A model generated the notes under the pieces. The model ran no database searches. It had not been told where the DNA came from and saw only the letters and a list, made by a program, of their open reading frames with translations. A DNA stretch of 64,000 bases, from positions 8,848 through 72,847 of the forward strand of contig CAVRJJ010000002.1 of assembly GCA_963721685.1 (NCBI GenBank), read 5' to 3'. Below, piece after piece: positions 23,281 through 32,691 of this stretch (position 1 is the first letter of the stretch; each line of letters begins with the position of its first letter). This stretch comes from an uncultured bacterium. GTDB taxonomy: Bacteria; Patescibacteriota; Saccharimonadia; UBA4664; SCTI01. The translations under genes and the position numbers were made by a program.

Positions 23281-24642
23281 ATGTTTCGTAATATTGTATC
23301 AAGCCTAGGGTTTAGTCCGGCATCAGGCGGGCAGCTAACATTTTACTGGCGGCGTCTTAAAGGTGAAAACCTTACGCGCCAATTGTCCATGGTAATGGCC
23401 GGGGCGCTAGTGTTTTTGCAGGTCGCGACGGTTATTGCTCCTCCCGACCCGGCCAGCGCCGCCGGCTCGGCTAACGATATCATTAGAGGCGGGATTGCCG
23501 GCAGCGGCCACCCCCAGGCAACTATGCTTGCCCATTATGACAAATACGCCGACATTAGGGCGCTATTCAACCGCTTTGGTATTTATCGGGTAGATATTGA
23601 AAACACCACCCACGGCACCTTAAACTCTAGCAATCGCGCCTTTATGTCACTTGGCCGTAATGCCCAGTTTAGCGCGGCCCAAGGCGAAAAACCGGTCCAC
23701 GGCCTTGATGGTAAGCTCTACTACGCGCGGCCGCTTTACTTGTGGGGAAATAATGTCACCTATCAAGTAATTGAGGGCAGGCGACGCGGTGACAACCGCT
23801 ACTTCGCCGTGATGTATGACTGCGGCAACTTGGTGCTAACCGATTTAACGCCAACAACCACACCTCCACCGCCTCCGCCTCCACAGCCACCGCCACCTCC
23901 TCCACCAATGCCGCCGCCACCGCCACCTCCTCCACCAATGCCGCCGCCACCTCCGCCTCCGCCAGAGCCGCCACCGCCACCTCCACCGCCACCACCTCCG
24001 CCTCCGCCAGAGCCGCCACCGCCACCTCCACCGCCACCGCCACCACCTGAAGGTACCCCTAATATTGAGCTGGCTAAAAGCGCCGTATTAATTACCGCGG
24101 CTGATGGCACCAAGAAGAATGGCAACGGCGCGACAGCCGCGGCCGGCGACACAATCGAGTACACGCTTACAACCAAAAACACCGGGAACGCCGCTCAAAA
24201 GGATTACGTAGTGGTTGAAAATATCCGCGACATTCTTGAGTATGCCGATGTAATTAGCCCGGGAGGCGCTACCCTTCAGGACGGAAGCTTAACCTGGCCA
24301 AAGACTACGATTAAGGACGGGGAAAGCGATGTTCGGACTTTCCAGGTTAAAGTTAAAAGTCCTATCCCTATCAATCCTATTTCCGTTTCCGATCCCCTGT
24401 CCTATGACTTAAAGATGAATAACGTGTACGGCAATGTCGTGGTGGTAAACCTTCAAGTGCCGCCTGAAAAGCAGATTGAAGTCGCCAGCGCGACCCTTCC
24501 CCAAACCGGAACCGGCACAACCACCTTTATTGTCTTCGTTCTGGTAAGCGCTATGGCTTACTTCTACTTCCGCAACCGTCAGTTAATGACTGAAGTAGCG
24601 ATGTTACGCAATGACCATCATGGACCGGGAGGAGGTGTTTAA
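23281..24642 (+). CDS. Poly-proline surface protein with DUF11-like Ig domain and LPxTG sorting signal
   Basis: Extended signal peptide, ~60 aa Pro run, GDTIEYTLTTKNTG, LPQTG followed by TM and RNR. Confidence 0.85.
   Translation: MFRNIVSSLGFSPASGGQLTFYWRRLKGENLTRQLSMVMAGALVFLQVATVIAPPDPASAAGSANDIIRGGIAGSGHPQATMLAHYDKYADIRALFNRFGIYRVDIENTTHGTLNSSNRAFMSLGRNAQFSAAQGEKPVHGLDGKLYYARPLYLWGNNVTYQVIEGRRRGDNRYFAVMYDCGNLVLTDLTPTTTPPPPPPPQPPPPPPPMPPPPPPPPPMPPPPPPPPEPPPPPPPPPPPPPPEPPPPPPPPPPPPEGTPNIELAKSAVLITAADGTKKNGNGATAAAGDTIEYTLTTKNTGNAAQKDYVVVENIRDILEYADVISPGGATLQDGSLTWPKTTIKDGESDVRTFQVKVKSPIPINPISVSDPLSYDLKMNNVYGNVVVVNLQVPPEKQIEVASATLPQTGTGTTTFIVFVLVSAMAYFYFRNRQLMTEVAMLRNDHHGPGGGV
23862..24047 (+). 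repeat. Poly-Pro coding tandem repeat (CCN)n
   Basis: Imperfect 30-45 bp units of CCG/CCA/CCT codons. Confidence 0.9.
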
Positions 24643-25187
24643 TGGAACGAGAAAAGCATGGCGAACCAGGACCAAAGAACCAAGCCGAACTGGAAAGCGC
24701 GGCGGTTGAACGCCTCAAGAACCTCGAGCAGGAACACCGCGAAACCCATGAAAAACGGACCGAGCATGTTGAAAAGGCCCGCGAACAGATAAAGGCAGCG
24801 GAAGAAGCCCGCCCTCCGGCGGAAACTGCCCCGACATCTGAGCCTGCCCACCGTCCGGTACTTACCAAAGAAATAAACTACCGCCAAACCATGGTGAGCC
24901 TCCGCCATCGCATGAAGCCCGCCGCGCGGCGTTTTAGCACCATCATCCATGCACCTATTGTTGAGACTGCCAGTGAAGTGATTGGTAAAACCGTGCTTCG
25001 GCCCTCAGTCAGCCTCGGCGCCACCACTACCGCCGTGTTGGTGGCAGGAATTGTGTATTTAAATGCCCGCCATTACGGCTTTGAGCTGCGAGGCTCAGAG
25101 ATTTGGGTTTCCCTTTTATTGGGCGGGGCTATCGGTCTGATTATTGAAGGCACCTACAAGCTCCTTCGGCAACGGCGCAAACGTTAG
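24642..25187 (+). CDS. Membrane protein with charged N-terminus and two C-terminal TMs
   Basis: TAATG coupling to the upstream gene; hydrophobicity pattern. Confidence 0.8.
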   Translation: MEREKHGEPGPKNQAELESAAVERLKNLEQEHRETHEKRTEHVEKAREQIKAAEEARPPAETAPTSEPAHRPVLTKEINYRQTMVSLRHRMKPAARRFSTIIHAPIVETASEVIGKTVLRPSVSLGATTTAVLVAGIVYLNARHYGFELRGSEIWVSLLLGGAIGLIIEGTYKLLRQRRKR

Positions 25188-25188
25188 C

Positions 25189-28100
25189 TTACCCCTGAAC
25201 TACATTCCCTTGATCATCAATATAAATTTCACCGGGCTTTAGCGCCGGTTGAGTTGCTTTAGCTTCCTCCTTAGGGGAAGCTTCCGTACTCTTGGCAGCC
25301 GCGGCCGATGGGCTTGCGACGGCAGGTGCCGCTGGTACTGAAGGCTTTTCCGCGGCTTTCGGCTGAGCGGGAGCGGGAGCAGCCGGATTCGGCGCCGGTA
25401 CAGCAGGCGCTGGGTCGGGTGTTTTCGCGGCTTCCGGGATTGGCTTGGACGGACTAGGAGGTGGAACGGCAACAGGAACTACGCTCGGTTCCGGTGTAGC
25501 TAAGGACGGTGACGCGGCTGGCAGAGCCGCTGGTGGAGCGACAGGAACCGGCATCGGTATAATAGGCGGCGCTGATAAGGTTACCGGAGCTACTAGTGGA
25601 GCTGGTGTTACCGGAGGAACCGCAGCAAGCGGTGCCGGCGCGGCAACACCAGCTTTGGCTTTAGCCGCGTCCAGTATTGCCTGGGCAGAGGCTTCATCGG
25701 CTACCGGCGGAACAGGCACTGGGGTAGGTGCTGTAGATTTGGCAGCGTCTATTATTGCCTGCGCGGCTGCTTCGTCATCTGCCAGCTCCTCTAAAACGCT
25801 TTTTTTCTCGTGTTTAGGCGGCTGCAGCACCAACTCATGGTGCCCGGCGTGCAGAGGATCATTGCCAAACTTTTCATCGGACTTAGGCACGGCCGCCGAA
25901 GCGTATGCCGAAGGGGGTTGGGCGGGTTCTTCGCTATGCTTATTAATGGTGGGGTTTTTAAAAGTGATACCTTTAGGCAGATCATTTGGCAGGTGTTCGA
26001 CAGGCAAAGGTGCAGGTGGAGATTCAGCAGCTGGCTCCTCCTCTACAGTTTCGGCTACAGCATTCGGGTCAATCGGATGAGGGGTGCTCGGCCGGTTCAG
26101 AACCCTGCCTTTATGGGTAGCTATCATCGACTTACCCTCGGGTGGTTTTACACCCTGCGGATCAGGAAGAACCGGCGGTACTTGCATCGGACTAACGGGT
26201 GAAGGCGCGGCAGCTGGGCTGGCTGCTGCCTGAACAGCAGGACCTACGGCCGGTTCCGCAACGGCAGGTGAGGTGGTTCTTGGTAGAGATACATTCTCGG
26301 GCGAAGGAGCAGATGGCTGGATAGTCGGCGGGGCGGGCAGAGTTGCCGGGGCTGATGGCTCGGTGGAGTTCACTATAGCGGGGACTGGCGACGATGGTGG
26401 AGCTACCAGGGCAGCGGGCTGTGGTTCTGTAGTTTGCACCGCAGCGATGACTGGGCTTGACGGAGGAGGCGCGGGTACCGGAGCAGGCTTCACTTCTGGA
26501 GGTGCGACAGGCTTTATCTCCACGGGAGGAGCCGGCTTTACTTCCGGAATAGGAGTTACCGCTACAGGTACGGAGTCCTGCGCTTGAGGTACCGCTGCCT
26601 TTGGCTCCGTCGGTTGAGCTAATTTTGGCTCTGGAGGAGGCGGAGGCTCTGCAACCGGCGCTTGCACCGGAGGCTTCGACGCCTCAACTTTCCCATCGGT
26701 TTCATGGGCTTCAATTCGTAATAAAGGCTTAGTTTGGGCTGGTTTGGTGGTGGGCGCGGAACTTGTAGATACGTCGCTTTTCTTGCCATCGGTTTCATGG
26801 GCTTCAATCCGCAGTGGCTCTTCTGGTTTCACAGAAGCAGTAGCTTTAGGAACCGGCTTACTGCCGGCAGTTGCTGTGGCAGCCACCGATTCCGGCAGGG
26901 CTACTGTTTTGGGTGGCTCTGAAGCTAAAACCATCCCTTCAGTCTCGTGAGCTTCAATCAGCAATGCCGGGTCTTTCGTTTTTGGCGCGGCGGGTAGCGT
27001 TACTGCAACCACTGGTGCTGGCTTTTCCTCCGCAGCGGGAAGCGGAATTGTCGTGTCGGACTGAGATTGTACGGCAGGCACTTTAGATAAGACATTTACT
27101 GCTGGAGATACGGGAGCTGAAACCGGCGGCGCGTTAGATACCACTGGTGCTGGCGGCGTTATCACCGGAGCAACAGGCGCCGGTTCAGAAGCGGCAGGAT
27201 CTGCCGGTGCGAGCGCGACCGCGGGAGACGGGGCGGGCGCGGCGGGCGGAGTTGGTTGCGGGCTGGCTGCCCGAAGCTGGCTTAACGATAAGCCGTCAGG
27301 GGCGGTGGGCGCGGCGGGCGGTGGAGCTACTGCCGGAGCTGGGCTGCTTGGCTGCGGAGACTGAAGCACACTAGCGGAAGGCTCCGGCAGGCTTGCGCTC
27401 GCCGCGGACGGAGGTGGTAGGACCGTCGTGGCGGCACTAACGGTCGCGGGAACCGGTGGTGCAACGGGCACAGCAGGCGGTTGTGCGACCGGTGTCGGAG
27501 CGGCAATAGGCGGCGGTGTTCCCTGCAGCCGGGCAAAAATATCGGCTTCCACCGTGGCCCTGGGCACCCCAAACTTGGCCGCGCTCAGTTGCTTGATCGC
27601 CAATCCCATCTCCGCATGCGCTTGGCCCAAAGATGGCAACATGGTAATGCTAAAGGGTTGGCTGGGCAGCCCGCCTATCAATAACTTCATTACCGCGTTA
27701 TAGTTCGGCATATTTACAAGGTCCCGCTGGTCAAAGATCGGCTCAAATTGCTTTACAAGGAATTCCGCGTCTTCAGGACCGGTGCGATAACTAAGCATCG
27801 TTCCCACATTCCCAAAAACGGCGTCTCGGATCTCGTCGCTCAACTGACTGATATACTGGTTGGCTACAATTAAGTTAAGCCGGTACTTGCGGGCCTCACT
27901 TAAAATACTGGCAAAGCTGTCGGTGCTAAAATTTTGGAACTCATCAACATACAGGCTGAAATCCTGGCGCTGGTCTTCGGGAATATTAGAGCGGCTCATC
28001 GCCGCGGCCTGGAACTTAATGACAAATATCATCCCAAGGAGTTGCGCGTTCATCTCCCCTACCAATCCTTTGCCAAGGTTAACAATCAGGATTTTCTTCT

Positions 28101-29943
28101 TATCCATAATATCGCGGATATTAAAACCAGAGTGGGTTTGGCCAATAATATTGCGCATCATTTCGTTGCTTAAAAACGCGCCGAACTTACTGACAAACCA
28201 GCCAAGCATCTCCGACTTGTGGTAATCACTGGTTTGGGCCATCTCTTTAGTCCAGAACTCAATCACCGTGGGGTCATTCAAATACTTAAACTTATTCTTA
28301 AGATAAGCCGTGTCGGTAAACACCTTAGGAATCTCAACAAAACTAGCGCCGTTGGGGTCAGACATCAAAGTAAGGGCCGCGTTCCGGAACCAGTGCTCAA
28401 AACGGGGTCCGATAATTCCGGTCTTGCCAGGATCATAGAGTTTATAAAGCATGTTAATCGATTCCTGGACCAAAAAATCCTTTTGCTCGGGTGAGCTGTA
28501 TTCAAATAGGTTTAATCCTAACGGATGATCCATATCCCCCGGGTTGAAGTACACCACGTCTTCAGCCCGCTCCTTGGGAACCATACTAATAAGCTTTTCA
28601 GCGGTATCGCCATGGGGATCAATAAACGCAAAACCGTTGCCGGCCAGCATATCCTGGACGGCAAGGTTTTCTAAGATGGTAGATTTACCGGTACCGGTTT
28701 GCCCCACAATATAGGTGTGGCGCCGCCGGTCTTCCGGCCCGAGGCGGACTTCCTTTTTTACACCGCGATAAAAGTTGTACCCAAATAACAGCCCGGATTG
28801 GGACATGCTAACCGGCCCGTCGACTTGCTTGGACTTCTGGCGCTCTACCTGGGTGCTTGGCGTAAATTGGGCGTCCGGCAAATGGAATAAGGTCGCGATC
28901 TCAACACTGTTTAAGATATTGGTGGATAGCTCCGGCGGGAAAAAACGGAAAATAAATGCCGTTACCAGCCCCTGCATGTCCCGTCCTTCAACGAATTGGA
29001 AGCCGTTTGAACCGGGAGCCTCAAACAATGAAAAGGCAGTCGTAATATTGCGCAGTAAAATTTGTGAGCGGTCGTAGGAGGGAGATGAGGCAAGTATGCG
29101 AATAAGTACCTCATATCCCGGATGCTTGGTCTTTTCTTCAATCCGCTGCATGGTATCTTCTTCGAGCTTACTTAACTCAAAGCTTTTAGCGTCCTGGCGC
29201 CACTCTTCCGAAGTCTTAACCGCGCCCTTGGCAATATCTGCTACACCAAAGCCCAAGCCACCGCGCCGGGTGTGGCGAGTATTATCAACCAGTTTAATCG
29301 AGTTTTTTGTCCACCCTTCACCGGCCGGACGCAGCATGATTTGAATGGCCGCGCCATCCCCCAGTTGAAGTTTGGACAACGCGTTAAGCAGACCCACCAT
29401 AGGATCCCGCTCCATCTGGTCTAGTGTTCCAATTGGATAAGCGGCCTGATGCTTTAGGACCAACTCACCGCCCACCGTCCCCGTTAAATGGCCTTGGGGG
29501 TTAAATATATTGTGGTCTTCCACCTCTTCAAGGCGGGCACCCGGATAAGCGGTAACAATGGCCTGTTCGACCACGCTAACCATAGCCACCGGAACAGCCG
29601 CGAAGTAATGAATGAGTCCGTTGGACGCGATAATTTCAAATGCTATATGACGCTGCCCGTAAAAATTGCTTTTAAACCCGGACTGGGCGGTACCTGAAAT
29701 AAGGTCGTAAAGCACCTGCGCTTGAGAAATCTTTTCCCGCATAACATCGCGCACGTCGCGGTTGCCGCTATTTTCGGTATCGTCACTGGGGGGCGGCAGA
29801 TGAATTAACAGCGGAACCATCTTCAATCCGCGCTCTACCCCTTTTGCCCGGCGCAAAACCCGGCGATAAGCCAAGAACGCAATCGCGGCAAGGACAATCG
29901 CAAATACCACGAAAAGCAGTACGAGCAGTACAATCCCGTTCAT
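25189..29943 (-). CDS. TraG/VirD4/TrwB-like P-loop ATPase with N-terminal TM and ~780 aa Pro/Ala-rich tail
   Basis: RRHTYIVGQTGTGKST (Walker A), FIDPHGD, LYVDEFQNF (Walker B), SEARKYRL and ANQY. Confidence 0.9.
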   Translation of the reverse strand: MNGIVLLVLLFVVFAIVLAAIAFLAYRRVLRRAKGVERGLKMVPLLIHLPPPSDDTENSGNRDVRDVMREKISQAQVLYDLISGTAQSGFKSNFYGQRHIAFEIIASNGLIHYFAAVPVAMVSVVEQAIVTAYPGARLEEVEDHNIFNPQGHLTGTVGGELVLKHQAAYPIGTLDQMERDPMVGLLNALSKLQLGDGAAIQIMLRPAGEGWTKNSIKLVDNTRHTRRGGLGFGVADIAKGAVKTSEEWRQDAKSFELSKLEEDTMQRIEEKTKHPGYEVLIRILASSPSYDRSQILLRNITTAFSLFEAPGSNGFQFVEGRDMQGLVTAFIFRFFPPELSTNILNSVEIATLFHLPDAQFTPSTQVERQKSKQVDGPVSMSQSGLLFGYNFYRGVKKEVRLGPEDRRRHTYIVGQTGTGKSTILENLAVQDMLAGNGFAFIDPHGDTAEKLISMVPKERAEDVVYFNPGDMDHPLGLNLFEYSSPEQKDFLVQESINMLYKLYDPGKTGIIGPRFEHWFRNAALTLMSDPNGASFVEIPKVFTDTAYLKNKFKYLNDPTVIEFWTKEMAQTSDYHKSEMLGWFVSKFGAFLSNEMMRNIIGQTHSGFNIRDIMDKKKILIVNLGKGLVGEMNAQLLGMIFVIKFQAAAMSRSNIPEDQRQDFSLYVDEFQNFSTDSFASILSEARKYRLNLIVANQYISQLSDEIRDAVFGNVGTMLSYRTGPEDAEFLVKQFEPIFDQRDLVNMPNYNAVMKLLIGGLPSQPFSITMLPSLGQAHAEMGLAIKQLSAAKFGVPRATVEADIFARLQGTPPPIAAPTPVAQPPAVPVAPPVPATVSAATTVLPPPSAASASLPEPSASVLQSPQPSSPAPAVAPPPAAPTAPDGLSLSQLRAASPQPTPPAAPAPSPAVALAPADPAASEPAPVAPVITPPAPVVSNAPPVSAPVSPAVNVLSKVPAVQSQSDTTIPLPAAEEKPAPVVAVTLPAAPKTKDPALLIEAHETEGMVLASEPPKTVALPESVAATATAGSKPVPKATASVKPEEPLRIEAHETDGKKSDVSTSSAPTTKPAQTKPLLRIEAHETDGKVEASKPPVQAPVAEPPPPPEPKLAQPTEPKAAVPQAQDSVPVAVTPIPEVKPAPPVEIKPVAPPEVKPAPVPAPPPSSPVIAAVQTTEPQPAALVAPPSSPVPAIVNSTEPSAPATLPAPPTIQPSAPSPENVSLPRTTSPAVAEPAVGPAVQAAASPAAAPSPVSPMQVPPVLPDPQGVKPPEGKSMIATHKGRVLNRPSTPHPIDPNAVAETVEEEPAAESPPAPLPVEHLPNDLPKGITFKNPTINKHSEEPAQPPSAYASAAVPKSDEKFGNDPLHAGHHELVLQPPKHEKKSVLEELADDEAAAQAIIDAAKSTAPTPVPVPPVADEASAQAILDAAKAKAGVAAPAPLAAVPPVTPAPLVAPVTLSAPPIIPMPVPVAPPAALPAASPSLATPEPSVVPVAVPPPSPSKPIPEAAKTPDPAPAVPAPNPAAPAPAQPKAAEKPSVPAAPAVASPSAAAAKSTEASPKEEAKATQPALKPGEIYIDDQGNVVQG

Positions 29944-29998
29944 GGCTATGCATCACCTTTATTCATACTCGTGCCCACCCCATCCATGCTAATACCTG

Positions 29999-30430
29999 TT
30001 AAGCATCCGGCTTTTTAACGTCATGGCCGTAACGCTTTTTGAGATAATCAATCTGCAGCGCTTCCACCGCTTCTTCTTGAACATAAGGGTCGTCTTTGGT
30101 TTGCTCAATTATTTTATTCGCCTGGTCCACCCACTCTTTTTCAATAACATCGGTATCACCGGCAACCGTCGGGTTAGGATCGGTGGGGGTAGCGGTCGGA
30201 GGGGTTGCTGTGGGAATGGGGCTCCCCGGTAGCTGTTGGGCAGGTACGTTAGGAATTTGGGGAATTTGGATTGGCTGCCCTGCTGGCGCGCCTTGTGACA
30301 CGTTGGGAGCGGCTTCCGGAGCAGCCGGCGCCGGCTGCTGTTCAACTGCTGGCAGGTTGGCCTGTTCAGGAGAGGATGGTTGGTTTGGGCTGGGCTGAGT
30401 ATTGGCGTTTTGATTGGGTGGCATGAGCAT
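29999..30430 (-). CDS. Pro/Gln-rich hypothetical protein with helical C-terminal domain
   Basis: GAAAGGA RBS; C-terminus DVIEKEWV...DDPY...YLKKRYG. Confidence 0.8.
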   Translation of the reverse strand: MLMPPNQNANTQPSPNQPSSPEQANLPAVEQQPAPAAPEAAPNVSQGAPAGQPIQIPQIPNVPAQQLPGSPIPTATPPTATPTDPNPTVAGDTDVIEKEWVDQANKIIEQTKDDPYVQEEAVEALQIDYLKKRYGHDVKKPDA

Positions 30431-30556
30431 TCCTTTCTAGCATTTATTATACCACTTATGGTTAATGTCTGCCAGATTCAAATCGCATAATTTCACGTAA
30501 ATTAAAAAGAGCAAAAAATAACAGCTTTTTAGTGTGATAATTACATCAAAGTTCGC

Positions 30557-31069
30557 TTATTTCGCGCGTTCATGGGCGTCAAGAATTACCTCGGATAAAT
30601 TTTGCGGATCCGGCGCCCAGGTAAATACCATATTTTTTTCTTCTCCGGATGTTTTTGCCGTGATATCGCCGTAATTAAATAAGGTGCTCAATAATCCGTT
30701 CTGGGTTGCCGTAACATCTTCTAATTTTTCAAGGTTGAACTGCGACAACCGCCGACTGATTAAACTCCCCTGGCCTACCAGGTACAGGGTTTTATCGGTT
30801 AAAACCAACCCGTTTCCTAAATAGATTTTTAGATTGGCAATTACCAAGATGACAGCCAAAGCCAATAAAGCAACGGCCGCCAGCGCCACCATTGATGGCG
30901 GACCAATATTTTGAATTTGATCCGGGAAACGTCCAAGAAGGTAAAAAATAAGAATCCCGATCATACCAACAATCAACGCGCTAAAGAGTGGGAATACCAA
31001 ACTTAAAGGATGGCGATGAACTGCCACCTCTATCGTTTCATCGGGATCAATACCGGCTGTTAAACTCAT
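30557..31069 (-). CDS. Bacterial PH-domain membrane protein
   Basis: RHP motif, two TMs, LTDK...LEDV...LFNYGDI typical of bPH_2-like domains. Confidence 0.8.
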   Translation of the reverse strand: MSLTAGIDPDETIEVAVHRHPLSLVFPLFSALIVGMIGILIFYLLGRFPDQIQNIGPPSMVALAAVALLALAVILVIANLKIYLGNGLVLTDKTLYLVGQGSLISRRLSQFNLEKLEDVTATQNGLLSTLFNYGDITAKTSGEEKNMVFTWAPDPQNLSEVILDAHERAK

Positions 31070-31128
31070 TCGCGCGCGCCTCGCTTATAGGCACTATCCT
31101 AGCATAAGCCGGGTACTACCTGGAATTG

Positions 31129-32607
31129 CTAATAATGGACCCACACCGGGGTGCCAACATCACCCCAGCCGTAAATAAAGGCCGCGGTAGCTTCAGGAAG
31201 GTTCACGCACCCATGAGAGCCGTTGTATTTATAATCCTGTCCGCCAAATACTCCGCCCCGCCAACTCGCGTCATGCATCCCGTAATTGCCGTGAAACGGC
31301 ATCCAATACTTTACGAAAACGTTATAATCATAGCCAATGGCGTACCCGTTTAAATTGCGGTTGGTTTGTTTAGCTTGTATAGAAAACAACCCGGTAACGG
31401 TAGCGTACCCAGCGGCGCTTGCCCCGCTGGTTAGCGGTGCCTCATGGATAACCTGGTGGTTTTCGTATACCCACAGGCGCTGGGAGCTGAGGTTAATTTC
31501 AATATACTTACCATAATCCAAGCTGATACTGCGGTTGTATTCGGTTTGAAAGGGTACTTTTTTGGTTGGGGCGGCCGCGACCACCGGCTGCTTGGCCTCA
31601 ACCGCGGCAGCTATGACCGCTGCCAGCGCGTCTTGATCAAGCTGCAGTCCGTCCTGGCCCACCTGAGTTTCTTGCGAATTACCGTTTTGAACATTAATTT
31701 TACGATTCACGGGGTTCACATTTATTTGCAGGGCCAGCGACTGTAAATAGCTTTTTATCCCGTCCTTACTCAGGGTCGGAATAAGGCCGGGGGCCTCGCT
31801 TTGCGGACTTTTCTGGTAAGTTATCCATCCGCTTTTTTGAGCTGGCGTAGGATTAAATACTTTGTTTTCGTAAGAAATGGTTACCGGTATAGCCAATAAC
31901 TGTTTGGTCTGCGCGATTGCCGGTTCAACATCGGGCACCCGAATCCGGGCGTGCTGAACCGAGGGCTCAAGCTTTAGGGTTGTGATAGAAAAACTCGCTA
32001 GCCCCTTTTTAATAGCGTTGGCCGCGGCTTGGCCGCCTAAAGCCCGTCCGTCCACATCCGGCTGGACAACCGGCTCGCCTTCTTTCACCACAATTGAGGC
32101 ATCAACCGGCACTAGTCCGCTAGCCCCTACCATCTTATCTATGAATGCTGTTTCAACTTTTGGATTAAGCTTAAGGGTGTAGGCCAATTCCTGGCTGTTA
32201 CGCGCGGCCAAAAATTGGAGCGGAACAAAAACCTGATTTCTTCCCACCGCCAAGGCGTGGTCTAGGGTCGCGTCGATGTTATAGGAAGCGCCAATGTCAC
32301 CGGCGCGGATCTTATACGCAGTTGAACCAACCGCTACATTAAGCGTATGGTTGGCGACGGGGCGTTCCAGAACCGCCTTAGCTTCCTGCCGCGTCATTGA
32401 GCCAATCTCCATACCGGCAACGGTTACCCCTGGCATTATCCGGCCGGCCATAAAGGCATTCAACCCAATCTGGGCGGCGAACCCGAGAAAGCCCAACACG
32501 CATGACCCAATAACCAACAGACGCTGCCACCTTTTTAGGGCGTCAGACGGCACGCTGGACGGGTAAGTCTCAATTACCTGACTACCAGGTCCGACGGCTA
32601 CCAGCAT
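31129..32607 (-). CDS. L,D-transpeptidase (YkuD) with PG_binding_4-like region
   Basis: IEINLSSQRL and GMHDASW...GSHGCVNL catalytic motif; N-terminal TM. Confidence 0.92.
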   Translation of the reverse strand: MLVAVGPGSQVIETYPSSVPSDALKRWQRLLVIGSCVLGFLGFAAQIGLNAFMAGRIMPGVTVAGMEIGSMTRQEAKAVLERPVANHTLNVAVGSTAYKIRAGDIGASYNIDATLDHALAVGRNQVFVPLQFLAARNSQELAYTLKLNPKVETAFIDKMVGASGLVPVDASIVVKEGEPVVQPDVDGRALGGQAAANAIKKGLASFSITTLKLEPSVQHARIRVPDVEPAIAQTKQLLAIPVTISYENKVFNPTPAQKSGWITYQKSPQSEAPGLIPTLSKDGIKSYLQSLALQINVNPVNRKINVQNGNSQETQVGQDGLQLDQDALAAVIAAAVEAKQPVVAAAPTKKVPFQTEYNRSISLDYGKYIEINLSSQRLWVYENHQVIHEAPLTSGASAAGYATVTGLFSIQAKQTNRNLNGYAIGYDYNVFVKYWMPFHGNYGMHDASWRGGVFGGQDYKYNGSHGCVNLPEATAAFIYGWGDVGTPVWVHY

Positions 32608-32691
32608 ATTGTCTCTACTTTTGGCATAAGAAATTCTTCATGTGCCACTTAATTATAACTCTTACGCTTAGATTTTGACTACCCTTTTCGT

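Noticed and set aside
23756-24182. Poly-Gly and Val/Ala-rich minus-strand ORFs, and the long + strand ORFs opposite the adhesin and repeat genes
   Set aside because: Antisense shadows of low-complexity coding sequence.
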